Source of the DNA: a virus
Taxonomy: Duplodnaviria; Caudoviricetes
Length of the DNA: 64,000 nucleotides
Direction: 5' to 3' (one strand)
IMG/VR virus record: IMGVR_UViG_2875535316_000001
Coordinates: 1-64,000 of that record
This document shows positions 1-8,478 of the stretch, piece after piece. The first letter of the stretch is position 1. Every line of letters begins with the position of its first letter. Below the pieces are notes generated by a model, which made no database searches, had not been told where the DNA came from, and saw only the letters and a list, made by a program, of their open reading frames with translations. A program made the translations under genes and the position numbers.

Positions 1-160
1 TATCAAAATTTCTATACCACTCGTCGTAAAAACCCCTTTTGCGGGGAACCTTCTCGTGGCACCCTTCACAAACGATCATTGGAGGGATGGGGTCAATGTG
101 TGGGACCGGTTTCGGCCTGACGAGCGGTAGCCCTTGTTTCATGGGCACTCCAGGCATCAG

Positions 161-185
161 TGACGCGGATATTATATCCGCGTCA
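161..185. repeat. Perfect 25-bp palindrome upstream of the integrase
   Basis: TGACGCGGATAT-T-ATATCCGCGTCA, 12-bp arms with a 1-nt spacer. Confidence 0.85.
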
Positions 186-323
186 ACCACGGCGAATTTT
201 TTCCCTTTGATCTAGGCTTACACCTGCTTAATTCAATCTACGTCTTTCGAAATACAGTCTGGAACCGTCCATGCAGCAGGTCGTCCCCATCAATACAGCA
301 CACACAAGCATAAAGGCAGAATC

Positions 324-1562
324 ATGTCCCTTACTCAGAAGGTTATCCAAAACATAACCACGCCGGGAAAGTACCAAGACAAATACGGCCTGGCTTTGCG
401 CGTTTCGCCAAAAGGCTCAAAGGCCTGGATTGTCCGTTACACCTTCGATGGCGAACGTAGAGACGATGGTCTGGGAAAGTTTCCAGATGTTTCGCTGGCC
501 GAAGCGCGGGAAACCGCAATGGCCATTCGACTCTCTGCGCGTAAAGGAATAGACCCGCGCGCTGATAGGGAACGCGCTAAAGAAGTGGCCAATTCAGCGT
601 TCACTTTTGAAGATGACGCCAATGCGTTCATTGAGCGGCATCGTCACGACTGGTCGACGGAACACGCTCACCAATGGGAAGCATCTTTCCGTGACCATGT
701 TTATCCAATAATTGGCAAGAAAGCAGTTTGTATAATTGACACAAAAATAGTGATTTCTGTTCTCGATCCAATATGGAGAACAAAATCTGTTACGGCGCGC
801 CGCGTGCGCAACCGAATAGAAAGGGTGCTGGACTACTCCAAAACGCTGGGTCACCGGGACGGTGAGAACCCGGCTCGCTGGCGTGGGCACCTGCAGAACG
901 TCATGACCAAATTTACGCCGGCCCCAACGCCACTAGAATCAATGAGTTATATAGCTCTGCCGGGCTTTATGCGCCGTCTAGAGGACGAAGATTCTAGGGC
1001 CGCTCGATGCCTACAATTCCTTATATTGACAGGCTGTCGCACCTCCGAAGCAATGGGTGCTCTTTGGAGCGAAATTGACTGGGAACACTCAATTTGGCGC
1101 ATTCCTGCCGAGCGCATGAAGGGCAAAGAAGAACATGAAATACCATTGAGCCAGGCTGCACTCACCGTACTTAAAGAAGTTGGCACTAGAGGCAAAAGCG
1201 ACTATATATTCGCCAACCGTAATTATACGGGCGAAATGGCCAACAACACTTTACGCCGCTTAATGGAAAAGTTAGGCGAGCCTTACACTGTGCATGGATT
1301 CCGCGCGACCTTCCGAACCTGGTTACAGGAGAAAACTGATTTCTCCAATGAGCTTTGCGAGACTGCACTGGCGCATGTCGTCGGTAACATTACCCAGCGG
1401 GCCTACACCCGCGGTAAGCAGCTCGAAAAGCGCAGGCCCATGATGGATAAATGGGCACGTTTTGCAGTTGAACGGATGCAACCACCTGTACCCCGACAAG
1501 GCATGAACCCGGTGCTCGCCTCGCGCACACCGATATTAAAGCCTCTGCAGCCGTTCAGCTGA
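324..1562 (+). CDS. int: Tyrosine recombinase/integrase, P4-like with N-terminal arm-binding domain
   Basis: GLALRVSPKGSKAW..GLGKFPDVSLAEAR arm domain; catalytic R (LTGCRTSE), HGFR, LAH and Y (QRAY). Confidence 0.93.
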   Translation: MSLTQKVIQNITTPGKYQDKYGLALRVSPKGSKAWIVRYTFDGERRDDGLGKFPDVSLAEARETAMAIRLSARKGIDPRADRERAKEVANSAFTFEDDANAFIERHRHDWSTEHAHQWEASFRDHVYPIIGKKAVCIIDTKIVISVLDPIWRTKSVTARRVRNRIERVLDYSKTLGHRDGENPARWRGHLQNVMTKFTPAPTPLESMSYIALPGFMRRLEDEDSRAARCLQFLILTGCRTSEAMGALWSEIDWEHSIWRIPAERMKGKEEHEIPLSQAALTVLKEVGTRGKSDYIFANRNYTGEMANNTLRRLMEKLGEPYTVHGFRATFRTWLQEKTDFSNELCETALAHVVGNITQRAYTRGKQLEKRRPMMDKWARFAVERMQPPVPRQGMNPVLASRTPILKPLQPFS

Positions 1563-1674
1563 TAGCAAGAAACGCCCGAAACCCCACAGCCATTGGCCTG
1601 GGGTTAGGGGCGTTCGGGGTAAAAAAACCTCAACCGATCAGGAGCGCCCATTGCAGGCGCTCCCACTTCCCCGC

Positions 1675-2169
1675 TCAAGCACGCAGGCTTGGTCGAAGAT
1701 CCGCGATCTTGAACCGGACGCGATAGTCAGCGATTTCTTCGTCAGTCAGCACCGACACATCAAAATCCCCCCACGTCACGCCAGCAGCCTGGCAGTCGTC
1801 CCAGGCATGCCAACCGCCCAGTTCGAGCCCAGTATGTAGCGCACTGCCCTGCAGTGGGCTGGCGCCCTGCAGCAGGCACATTTCAGCAAACAGACTGTCC
1901 AGGTCGGCGCGTTTTTCGCCGGTCACGGGGCTCAGCAGGTACCGGGCGTCATGAATCACACCTGGTGCCCGATGATCCACCCCGCGGAACAGCCCGGTGG
2001 CCAGCGTCGGGATGCTGGCCAGGTCGGTCAGCATCCCGCGCGGCGCCTCGTAGGTGCGGCCGGCCTGTGATACGTAATACACGGTGTTCATCAGCGTCCA
2101 CAGCTCGCAGCTCTGCGCCGATCGGAACGGGCGCAGGATCGGCTGGGCGCTAAAGCCCGGTTTAGGCAC
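1675..2169 (-). CDS. DUF1353-family protein
   Basis: APRGMLTDLASIP..PGVIHDARY..RADLDSLFAEM motif pattern; GTG start at 2169 overlaps the stop of the upstream gene. Confidence 0.75.
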   Translation of the reverse strand: MPKPGFSAQPILRPFRSAQSCELWTLMNTVYYVSQAGRTYEAPRGMLTDLASIPTLATGLFRGVDHRAPGVIHDARYLLSPVTGEKRADLDSLFAEMCLLQGASPLQGSALHTGLELGGWHAWDDCQAAGVTWGDFDVSVLTDEEIADYRVRFKIADLRPSLRA

Positions 2170-2674
2170 GGCGCGTGGCCTCGATCGCCTGGGTGACCGT
2201 GGCCGGTACCGGCACGTCCACCGCGCCAATGGCCGGTGCTGGGGCTTCTTCGGCGCCGATCGCCAACTTTCCCTGGGACTCAACCGCGGCCGGCTCACCT
2301 GGTGCCGATTCCGCGCGAATCGCCTGGATCACATCGGCCTGTTCCTGGGTCAGGCGACCATCAGCCACGGCCTTGGCAATTGCCGAATCGATCAGCTCGG
2401 CGGCTTTCTCCTGCGCCACCGTCTGCAACTTGCCGTCCAGGGTGGTATCACCGTTCACCACGTCACACAGCCCGGTGTTGTACACCTTACCGGCGACCAC
2501 CAGTTGCGCCACGGCGCGCTTGGCCGGGCTCATTTGGCAGTAACCGCTGACCGCGCTCGAGGCGTCGGCATAGACAGCGCCGCCGACAGTGGAAACGACA
2601 TGGCCAACGGTGCCACAGGCCGCCACGGCGGCCAGCGCCAGGCCCAGTACAGCGCCCATCAAGACTTTACGCAT
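2162..2674 (-). CDS. Predicted lipoprotein in the lysis cassette
   Basis: MRK, hydrophobic stretch, then VAAC lipobox; GGAG RBS. Confidence 0.7.
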   Translation of the reverse strand: MRKVLMGAVLGLALAAVAACGTVGHVVSTVGGAVYADASSAVSGYCQMSPAKRAVAQLVVAGKVYNTGLCDVVNGDTTLDGKLQTVAQEKAAELIDSAIAKAVADGRLTQEQADVIQAIRAESAPGEPAAVESQGKLAIGAEEAPAPAIGAVDVPVPATVTQAIEATRRA

Positions 2675-2723
2675 ACGACAATCTCCATTTATTGCAGTGG
2701 GTTATGGGTGAAACAGGGGGAAT

Positions 2724-3299
2724 TCAGGCCTGCAGGTCGCGCAGGCAGTGGGCGCGCTCGGCTTCGCGGCGCTTCTTGATGCCTGGCATCCACTTGGGGT
2801 TGAGCCATTGCATGATTTGCTCGCAGGCGCCGACGCGATCGCCGGCCCGCAGCTTGCGCACCAGGGTGCTGGGCTGACCGTTCGCCTTGAGGGCAAACAG
2901 CCCGTCCTTGACGCCTTTGCCGCCCGGACCGAGGTTGTCGTAGAAGCTGTTGTAGGCCTCTTGCTCGCCTGGGCTCAGGTCCTTGTAGGTGATCGCGCCG
3001 GCGGGCGTCTGGATGGCGCCGATACGGCGCTGCAGCACGTCCTGGTTATCCTGGATACGTACCACCAGCGTTTCGGCGCATTCCTCCAGGGTGCGCGCCG
3101 GCTGGCCGAACTTGACGCCTTGGGTCTGGCCCATGCACTGAGTCGGGATGCCCAGGCCGTCGTCGTAAACGTCCAGGCGGGTGCCCTCGTAGCCGGCGGC
3201 GGAAATGGCCATGGTGATGACCAGGGCCAGCGTTTTCTTGCGCTGGCCAACGGCCTTGATCGCGCTGGTGACTTCACGCGTTGTCGGAATCTTCGCCAT
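2724..3299 (-). CDS. GH24 lysozyme/endolysin, probably SAR type (P1 Lyz-like)
   Basis: E-x8-D-x5-T triad (YEGTRLDVYDDGLGIPT), weakly hydrophobic N-terminal segment TLALVITMAISAAG, C-terminal GIKKRREAERAHC. Confidence 0.85.
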   Translation of the reverse strand: MAKIPTTREVTSAIKAVGQRKKTLALVITMAISAAGYEGTRLDVYDDGLGIPTQCMGQTQGVKFGQPARTLEECAETLVVRIQDNQDVLQRRIGAIQTPAGAITYKDLSPGEQEAYNSFYDNLGPGGKGVKDGLFALKANGQPSTLVRKLRAGDRVGACEQIMQWLNPKWMPGIKKRREAERAHCLRDLQA

Positions 3300-3531
3300 C
3301 GTCGGCACTCCCTGTGGTTTTGCTGAGGAAATGAATCGCCACGTTGAGGGCCTTGAGCACGGCGGAAACTGCGCCGTAGATGGCCGGATCGACCAGGCCC
3401 TGCCCGTCCAGGCACGCCCAGGCGATCACCACGCCATCGAGCACGATGCCGGTGGCGATCAACGCGGTGTTGAACGGCTTGGCGCCGCGGGCGCAGCGCT
3501 TGATGGCGCCGGGTTGGGTATTAGCGGCCAC
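3274..3531 (-). CDS. Putative holin (two hydrophobic segments)
   Basis: 85 aa, two TM-like stretches, charged tail, directly upstream of the endolysin. Confidence 0.6.
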   Translation of the reverse strand: MAANTQPGAIKRCARGAKPFNTALIATGIVLDGVVIAWACLDGQGLVDPAIYGAVSAVLKALNVAIHFLSKTTGSADDGEDSDNA

Positions 3532-3826
3532 GGGCGTCGACCTCCTTTCGCAGCTGCTTGAGCTCGAAGCCTTGTTGCAGCACAGTGGTCTGCATGGCCG
3601 AAACGTCCTTGGCGGTGGCTTCCTGATTGGTCTTCACCAGGGCCAGGTCGCGCTGCACCAGCGCAATGTCCTTGCCGAAGCCATTGATAGAGGATTGGAT
3701 TCCGTCGAGCTTCGCGACGGCGCTGGAGCACAGGCCGATAAGGGCGGCGCCGGCCAGGGTTTGGGCCAGCTTGAGGGCGCCCTTAGCCAGGGGAGAATCC
3801 ATCAAACTTTGCGTGTCGGCGGCCAT
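3521..3826 (-). CDS. Membrane-anchored coiled-coil protein of the lysis operon (holin/antiholin-like)
   Basis: ATG at 3826 (MAADTQSL); one hydrophobic segment then heptad repeats; first gene after the late-type promoter at 3860-3902. Confidence 0.55.
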   Translation of the reverse strand: MAADTQSLMDSPLAKGALKLAQTLAGAALIGLCSSAVAKLDGIQSSINGFGKDIALVQRDLALVKTNQEATAKDVSAMQTTVLQQGFELKQLRKEVDARGR

Positions 3827-3859
3827 TTGTACGTCTCGTGAACCCGTGTAGTTGCACGT

Positions 3860-3902
3860 ATTTTCACTGGGCAAATGGCCGCGCCCGCGGCGGGGTTTGC
3901 GC
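3860..3902 (-). promoter_or_regulatory. Late-type promoter, lysis operon
   Basis: GCGCAAA-N30-GAAAAT. Confidence 0.65.
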
Positions 3903-3906
3903 CGAT

Positions 3907-4197
3907 TTACGGCCGCTTGGCCAGTATCTCGGCGATGTTGGAAAGCCCCTTGATCATCGAGTCCAGGCGGCTGATTTGCGCGGCGACCGCCTTGCCTTCG
4001 TTCTCCCGGGTTTTCTTCCAGTTTTCGAAGGGTTTGCTCGCAAACAGCTTGCGGATTCGCTCGTCGGTGAGCTTCCCGCACTGGACCAGGTCCTGGCCGA
4101 AGTACAGCGCCAGGTCGGCACGGATCGCGTTATAGGAATCCCATAATTTGACGCGCTCGCTCGCTGATGCAGGAATGGGCAGGAAAGCGGGCCGGTG
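3907..4197 (-). CDS. Start-less ORF, probable frameshift extension of the tail chaperone
   Basis: Open for 96 sense codons in the +1 frame of 4130..4903 (..WDSYNAIRADLALYFGQDL..LAKRP*); GC3-rich codon use; no ATG/GTG/TTG until near its end. Confidence 0.6.
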   Translation of the reverse strand, partial: HRPAFLPIPASASERVKLWDSYNAIRADLALYFGQDLVQCGKLTDERIRKLFASKPFENWKKTRENEGKAVAAQISRLDSMIKGLSNIAEILAKRP

Positions 4198-4903
4198 CTA
4201 ACTCTGGCACCCCCTTTTCAGCGTTCGGCTCGCTGACCTGCATGGCCAGCACCCCGTGCAGGTTGGTCACCGCGTGCACGAAGTGGGCGGCCTGCTGCTC
4301 ACATTGGCGGTAGTAGTCGAACAGCCCCACAAACTGAGGGTCAGCCAGTTTTCGCACCCCACGGATACGCTCCAGCAGCGCGGCTTCGTACTGAGCGTCA
4401 TCGTTGTACGGCAGCGGTTCTTCGTCGGCACCGCGCAGGCAGGCCGCCATAGTCGCGGCCCACCAGCTGTAGTTGTTCTTTTTGAATGTGCCGCCCTCGA
4501 TCAGGGTTTCGATCGCCTCGGCCTGGTAGCCAAGCATGGGGCTGTAGATCATCGCGCGCCCCTCGAAGTCGAAGCCGATATTGGCCACCTCGGGGGTGAA
4601 GTCGGTCTGGCCCAGCAGATAGTCGTGGAAATTGCCTTTGCCGATCGGGAAATCAGGTCCGTCCTCACGGGTCGAACTCATGTAGTAGGCCGCAACATAC
4701 ATGCGCTCGTTGATCGACCACATACGCGGGTCGGCTACGGCACCAGGTCGCTCGATTGGCGTGCAGACGTGGCGCAGCAGCGCTGTGTAGGTGCGCTGCT
4801 CGTAAACGGCCGGAATCTCGCAAAGTTCCTCGACCTGGTCCATGTTGAGCACCGACATGGACACGGAAATCCGAGCGGTATTCAGCGGGTTGATGTACTT
4901 CAT
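4130..4903 (-). CDS. Tail assembly chaperone, P1 PmgB-like
   Basis: DPRMWSINERMY motif; follows the Tub-like gene as pmgB does in P1. Confidence 0.6.
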   Translation of the reverse strand: MKYINPLNTARISVSMSVLNMDQVEELCEIPAVYEQRTYTALLRHVCTPIERPGAVADPRMWSINERMYVAAYYMSSTREDGPDFPIGKGNFHDYLLGQTDFTPEVANIGFDFEGRAMIYSPMLGYQAEAIETLIEGGTFKKNNYSWWAATMAACLRGADEEPLPYNDDAQYEAALLERIRGVRKLADPQFVGLFDYYRQCEQQAAHFVHAVTNLHGVLAMQVSEPNAEKGVPELAPARFPAHSCISERARQIMGFL

Positions 4904-5607
4904 AGCACTCCGAAGTAGTCGTATTGGCCAAACGTCAGGTTGATGGTCGCGAACTCGTCAGCTGAGCGCGCCTGCTGGGTTTCACACGACACAGGAACCA
5001 TCGCCCACGACGCCGAATAGCCGTAGTTCTCGCGCACGGCGCCATGGGTAATGGTGATGTGGTTGGTGTACTGCGACGGCAAGCCAAACGTGCCGTCCGG
5101 TGCGGCTACGGTCAGCCGCAGCTGGTCAAACCAGGCCTTGATTTCACCGTCCACGTCGTAGCAGGTCAGGTGCAGCTCTACCGGGTCCGCGCCGGTGGGG
5201 GCCTGGGTGAAGCCGGAACCGATCTTGCCCGGCTCCCACCCCAGCTGCGTACCGTTGTAGGAGCATTCGATGGCCAGCAGGTTGACCCTGGGAGCGGCGA
5301 TCTTGCCAATGGGAGCGACCCCCACATGCCACAGGTTCGAGCGTTCGCGGTTGACGCCGCTGGCTTCCTCAAACATCTGCTCCAGCTTGCTCCAGGACAC
5401 ACCGCCCAGCAGGACGTTGTCGACATTGGAAAACTTGCTGGTGCGGCCGTACAGCTGATCTAGCACCTTGTTGCTGGCGCCCGACACGTTGCCGTTGAGC
5501 AGGTCACGTGCGGCCGAGGTGTACTTGAGCACGCCAGTGCTAAGCCCGGCCTTGGGAGTTACTGCAGACGTGGCCTGGTACGCCAGGCGCTCGAAGATGT
5601 TGGCCAT
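4900..5607 (-). CDS. Tube-fold baseplate/tail protein, P1 Tub-like
   Basis: KIGSGFTQAPT..WFD..PDGTFGLPSQY pattern resembling P1 Tub. Confidence 0.7.
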   Translation of the reverse strand: MANIFERLAYQATSAVTPKAGLSTGVLKYTSAARDLLNGNVSGASNKVLDQLYGRTSKFSNVDNVLLGGVSWSKLEQMFEEASGVNRERSNLWHVGVAPIGKIAAPRVNLLAIECSYNGTQLGWEPGKIGSGFTQAPTGADPVELHLTCYDVDGEIKAWFDQLRLTVAAPDGTFGLPSQYTNHITITHGAVRENYGYSASWAMVPVSCETQQARSADEFATINLTFGQYDYFGVL

Positions 5608-5981
5608 TAGATCGACAAGACCTCAAAGCAGAAGGACTTCGACGGCAGCGTCAGCAGGTACTGCTCGATCGCAGCATCACACTCGGCCATCGATCGTCCG
5701 AACGGATCAGCACCTTGTGAGCGGGACGCCTCAAACATCGATGCGTTCTCCCGGTCGTTCTTGAGGTGCCACAGGGGCTTGATCAGCGCCAGCTCGCTGT
5801 CGGTCAAGTCGAAGTCAGGGGCGCCAGCGGCGTCGAGCTCCGGCTGCGCGTCGGTAAGGCGCCGGTACCCGCAATACGAGGTGATGGCCTCGCGCAGGTT
5901 GCGGGTTACCTGGTCCTCGTCCAGGGCGCAGCCAATTGGCAGCACGGCAAAGAACTGAGCTACTAATTGGCTGACCTTCAT
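5607..5981 (-). CDS. Putative head-tail adaptor (position of P1 pmgC)
   Basis: Translationally coupled 124-aa ORF; assigned mainly by synteny. Confidence 0.45.
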   Translation of the reverse strand: MKVSQLVAQFFAVLPIGCALDEDQVTRNLREAITSYCGYRRLTDAQPELDAAGAPDFDLTDSELALIKPLWHLKNDRENASMFEASRSQGADPFGRSMAECDAAIEQYLLTLPSKSFCFEVLSI

Positions 5982-5983
5982 GA

Positions 5984-6457
5984 TTACTGGTTCGCGAACC
6001 AGTGGAAGTGCAGCGTGCCCTGGAACAGCAGGGTTTGCGCGTCGTTCTCCCAGTCGCGATCAGGGGTATCCATGACCAGCACCAGGTTTTTCAGGTCTTC
6101 CTTGCGCTTGTAGTCATCCGGGCGACCTTCATACACCGTGGCATCGAGATAGGCGCCGTTGGCGATATACGCCTTGAGCATCTCGCTCGCCTGGCCAAGC
6201 ACGGTTTCGTAGAAGGCAACCGGGCCCTCTTGCTTGGTTTTGACTTGCTTGGGCTGGACCATCAACTGGCCGTTGGGGCCGTAGTATTCGATCACGTCGC
6301 CCGGGGTGGCCACCGGCCAGGGGAATTGCTTCACCAACAGCGGCATATCGGGGAACTGGTCGAACACGATCTGGGCGTCAGATTGGATAACCTTTCGCCC
6401 CAGGTCGTTGGTGTTTTGGAACGTGCGGCTCAATACCGCCATAGCGTCTACAGACAT
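5984..6457 (-). CDS. Tail tube protein, P1 BplB-like
   Basis: DVIEYYGPNG motif and C-terminal LHFHW; ATG at 6457 with GAGG RBS. Confidence 0.75.
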   Translation of the reverse strand: MSVDAMAVLSRTFQNTNDLGRKVIQSDAQIVFDQFPDMPLLVKQFPWPVATPGDVIEYYGPNGQLMVQPKQVKTKQEGPVAFYETVLGQASEMLKAYIANGAYLDATVYEGRPDDYKRKEDLKNLVLVMDTPDRDWENDAQTLLFQGTLHFHWFANQ

Positions 6458-6492
6458 ACTCAAACCCTCGGGTGCTGGAACAAACAAGGGCC

Positions 6493-6535
6493 ATCGTCAC
6501 ACGTAGAAAAGCCCCGATTTCCCGGGGGTTTGCGC
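6493..6535 (-). promoter_or_regulatory. Late-type promoter overlapping a hairpin with T-tract
   Basis: GCGCAAA-N30-GACGAT; the spacer contains CCCCG..CGGGG followed by CTTTT. Confidence 0.7.
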
Positions 6536-6536
6536 G

Positions 6537-7715
6537 CTAATTACGGGCGAAGAACTTGCGAATATCAGGGCGATCGAGCGCGGTCAGCGTCGACATATTC
6601 ACCTGCACCGTCAGGTCGATGTAGTTGCCCTGGTTGTCGCGCGGCGCCTCCAGCGGATAGTCCACGCTCTCGATCACAGACGGCGGGTAGGTGCGTCCGC
6701 CGTGAGTCAGTCCCAGCAGCTTGGGCGCCTTGGAGGGGAACAGCGCCTTGATGAACGAATCGACGTCCTTGGTCGTCTGCAGCACCTCGGACAAAATGCC
6801 GTCTTCGGCCAGCTCCTGGGGGAAAATCCACTCCTGCAGGCGCGCCAGCGGCGCCTCGACTTCGGTCAGCGCGTTGGTGGTGGCGCGGAATCGAATGCCG
6901 AATGTGAACTTCACCGGCGGCATGCCGGCGAATACCTGGCGGCTGTTCAACCTGGTGACGCCTGTGCGCCCCTGCAGGTCGTGCATTACGGCCTTGAGCT
7001 TATCGGAACTCGCATCCAGGGTGTCGGCAACGGGGCCGCTCTTGAATGGGCTGATCGCCTGCAGGGCATTGAGCACGGGGATAAGGCCCCCGGTCTGCAG
7101 CATGCCCGTCAGGGTGGGGGCCTTTGTCTCAGGCCCGGAATTCTCGAACGGCGATTGCCAGTTCTGGGTGATGCTTACACCGCCGCCCTCCACCAGAGGG
7201 CCGTACACGCCAGCAAACTCGGTGGTATCAGCGACACCCTTGGAGTCGCACACGAAAATGCGCGCCATGAGCACCTGGGACAGGTTGCCCCAATCGCTGC
7301 CAAGGTCGTTGCTCAGGCCTTTGAGGCCCATGAGGGAACCGCCCAGGGGGCCATTGATGGCGCCCATCACGGTGCCTTTGACATCACCGTCCAACATGCT
7401 GGACAGCTTGCCTTTCACTTCGCCATAGACTTCGGTGACGGTCGTCTTGCCGGTGAACAAGTCCGACACGGTGCCGGTGACCTTCTCGGCGGCGCCGGTG
7501 ATGGCGCGCATGTTCGCGTCACCGCCCACCATGCCGGTGACGATATCGTTACCGGCTTGCGCCACGCCGTTCACGACGCCAACGCCAACCTTGCCGGAAA
7601 CGTCAGCGACTGACCCTAGCAGGGTGTTAGACGTGCTGCCGGGGTTGGTCGCTGGGACGCCCTCAATGGACGCCCCCACGATCCTGCCCAGCGAGTCAAA
7701 GCTAAAGTCAGCCAC
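6537..7715 (-). CDS. Tube initiator/baseplate protein, P1 PmgG-like with Gly-rich N-terminal extension
   Basis: ITQNWQSPF, RLNSRQVFAGMPP and EAPRDNQGNY motifs. Confidence 0.7.
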   Translation of the reverse strand: MADFSFDSLGRIVGASIEGVPATNPGSTSNTLLGSVADVSGKVGVGVVNGVAQAGNDIVTGMVGGDANMRAITGAAEKVTGTVSDLFTGKTTVTEVYGEVKGKLSSMLDGDVKGTVMGAINGPLGGSLMGLKGLSNDLGSDWGNLSQVLMARIFVCDSKGVADTTEFAGVYGPLVEGGGVSITQNWQSPFENSGPETKAPTLTGMLQTGGLIPVLNALQAISPFKSGPVADTLDASSDKLKAVMHDLQGRTGVTRLNSRQVFAGMPPVKFTFGIRFRATTNALTEVEAPLARLQEWIFPQELAEDGILSEVLQTTKDVDSFIKALFPSKAPKLLGLTHGGRTYPPSVIESVDYPLEAPRDNQGNYIDLTVQVNMSTLTALDRPDIRKFFARN

Positions 7716-7719
7716 AGGG

Positions 7720-8469
7720 TTACTTACCGATCATCTTCATGCGGATGCGCATGGACTTCGCACGCTTGCGCTTGGCCGAGCCCGAGAAGGCCTTGCGCTG
7801 CATTTTGCGAACGGCTGCCTTCTGGCCAGCGGTCAGCTTGACGGCGCCGCCGATGCGCTTGTTGATGCGCACTTTCTTGCCTTGGCGGATAGCCAGCACC
7901 TTGCGATAGGTGGCGTCCATCATCGCGTCGTCGTCGGCATCACCGTGTACGAAGCGCTCGGTGGCATCCAGCATGTCGTCATCGCCTTGCGGCATTTTGT
8001 CCAGGAGAACGTCATGCACGCGCGCCGCCACGTCGTTATCGAAGTTGTCGAGCAGCTCGTCGATATCGCCCACGTCGATGCCACGATCTTCCAGGTAGTC
8101 ACCTACCAGCTGGGCCAGGTCGGCGGCGTACTCCGACTCGTCCTCGGTCATTTCCTTTTCGCCGTCGCCATCGGTGGCAGAACCGACCACCAGGGCATAC
8201 AGGCGATCGCCAAAGCCTTCGTTTTCGTCCAAGGCGTCGGTATCGGCCCACTCGCCCACGATCGCAGCCGCCTCGACGCGCATTTCATCGGTGAAGACCG
8301 ATTTAATGTCATCCAGCTGATGCTCTCCGTTGCCAGAGCCGCTTCCGTTGCCGTTGGCGTTGTCCAGCATGTTGGCCGGATCGTTGTTGGGCAGCGGCTC
8401 GGCAGGGGCCGCGAATGCGGCCGCCATGTGGATGCTTTGCGCCAAGACGTTGGTCAGCAAATTGTCCAT
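7720..8469 (-). CDS. Acidic head/core protein with basic tail, P1 gp21-like
   Basis: Very D/E-rich body; C-terminal KLTAGQKAAVRKMQRKA..AKRKRAKSMRIR. Confidence 0.7.
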   Translation of the reverse strand: MDNLLTNVLAQSIHMAAAFAAPAEPLPNNDPANMLDNANGNGSGSGNGEHQLDDIKSVFTDEMRVEAAAIVGEWADTDALDENEGFGDRLYALVVGSATDGDGEKEMTEDESEYAADLAQLVGDYLEDRGIDVGDIDELLDNFDNDVAARVHDVLLDKMPQGDDDMLDATERFVHGDADDDAMMDATYRKVLAIRQGKKVRINKRIGGAVKLTAGQKAAVRKMQRKAFSGSAKRKRAKSMRIRMKMIGK

Positions 8470-8478
8470 GAATCCCCC

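Noticed and set aside
1-323. tRNA/tmRNA or att core upstream of the integrase
   Set aside because: No cloverleaf or recognisable tRNA 3' end found by eye; an att site cannot be defined without the other junction
2162-2674. Lipoprotein as a unimolecular spanin
   Set aside because: No C-terminal transmembrane segment
4209-4219. AAAAGGGGG as a Mu-type -2 slippery site for the chaperone
   Set aside because: The target frame has a TAG at 4200-4198 just downstream, so a shift here cannot reach the hidden ORF
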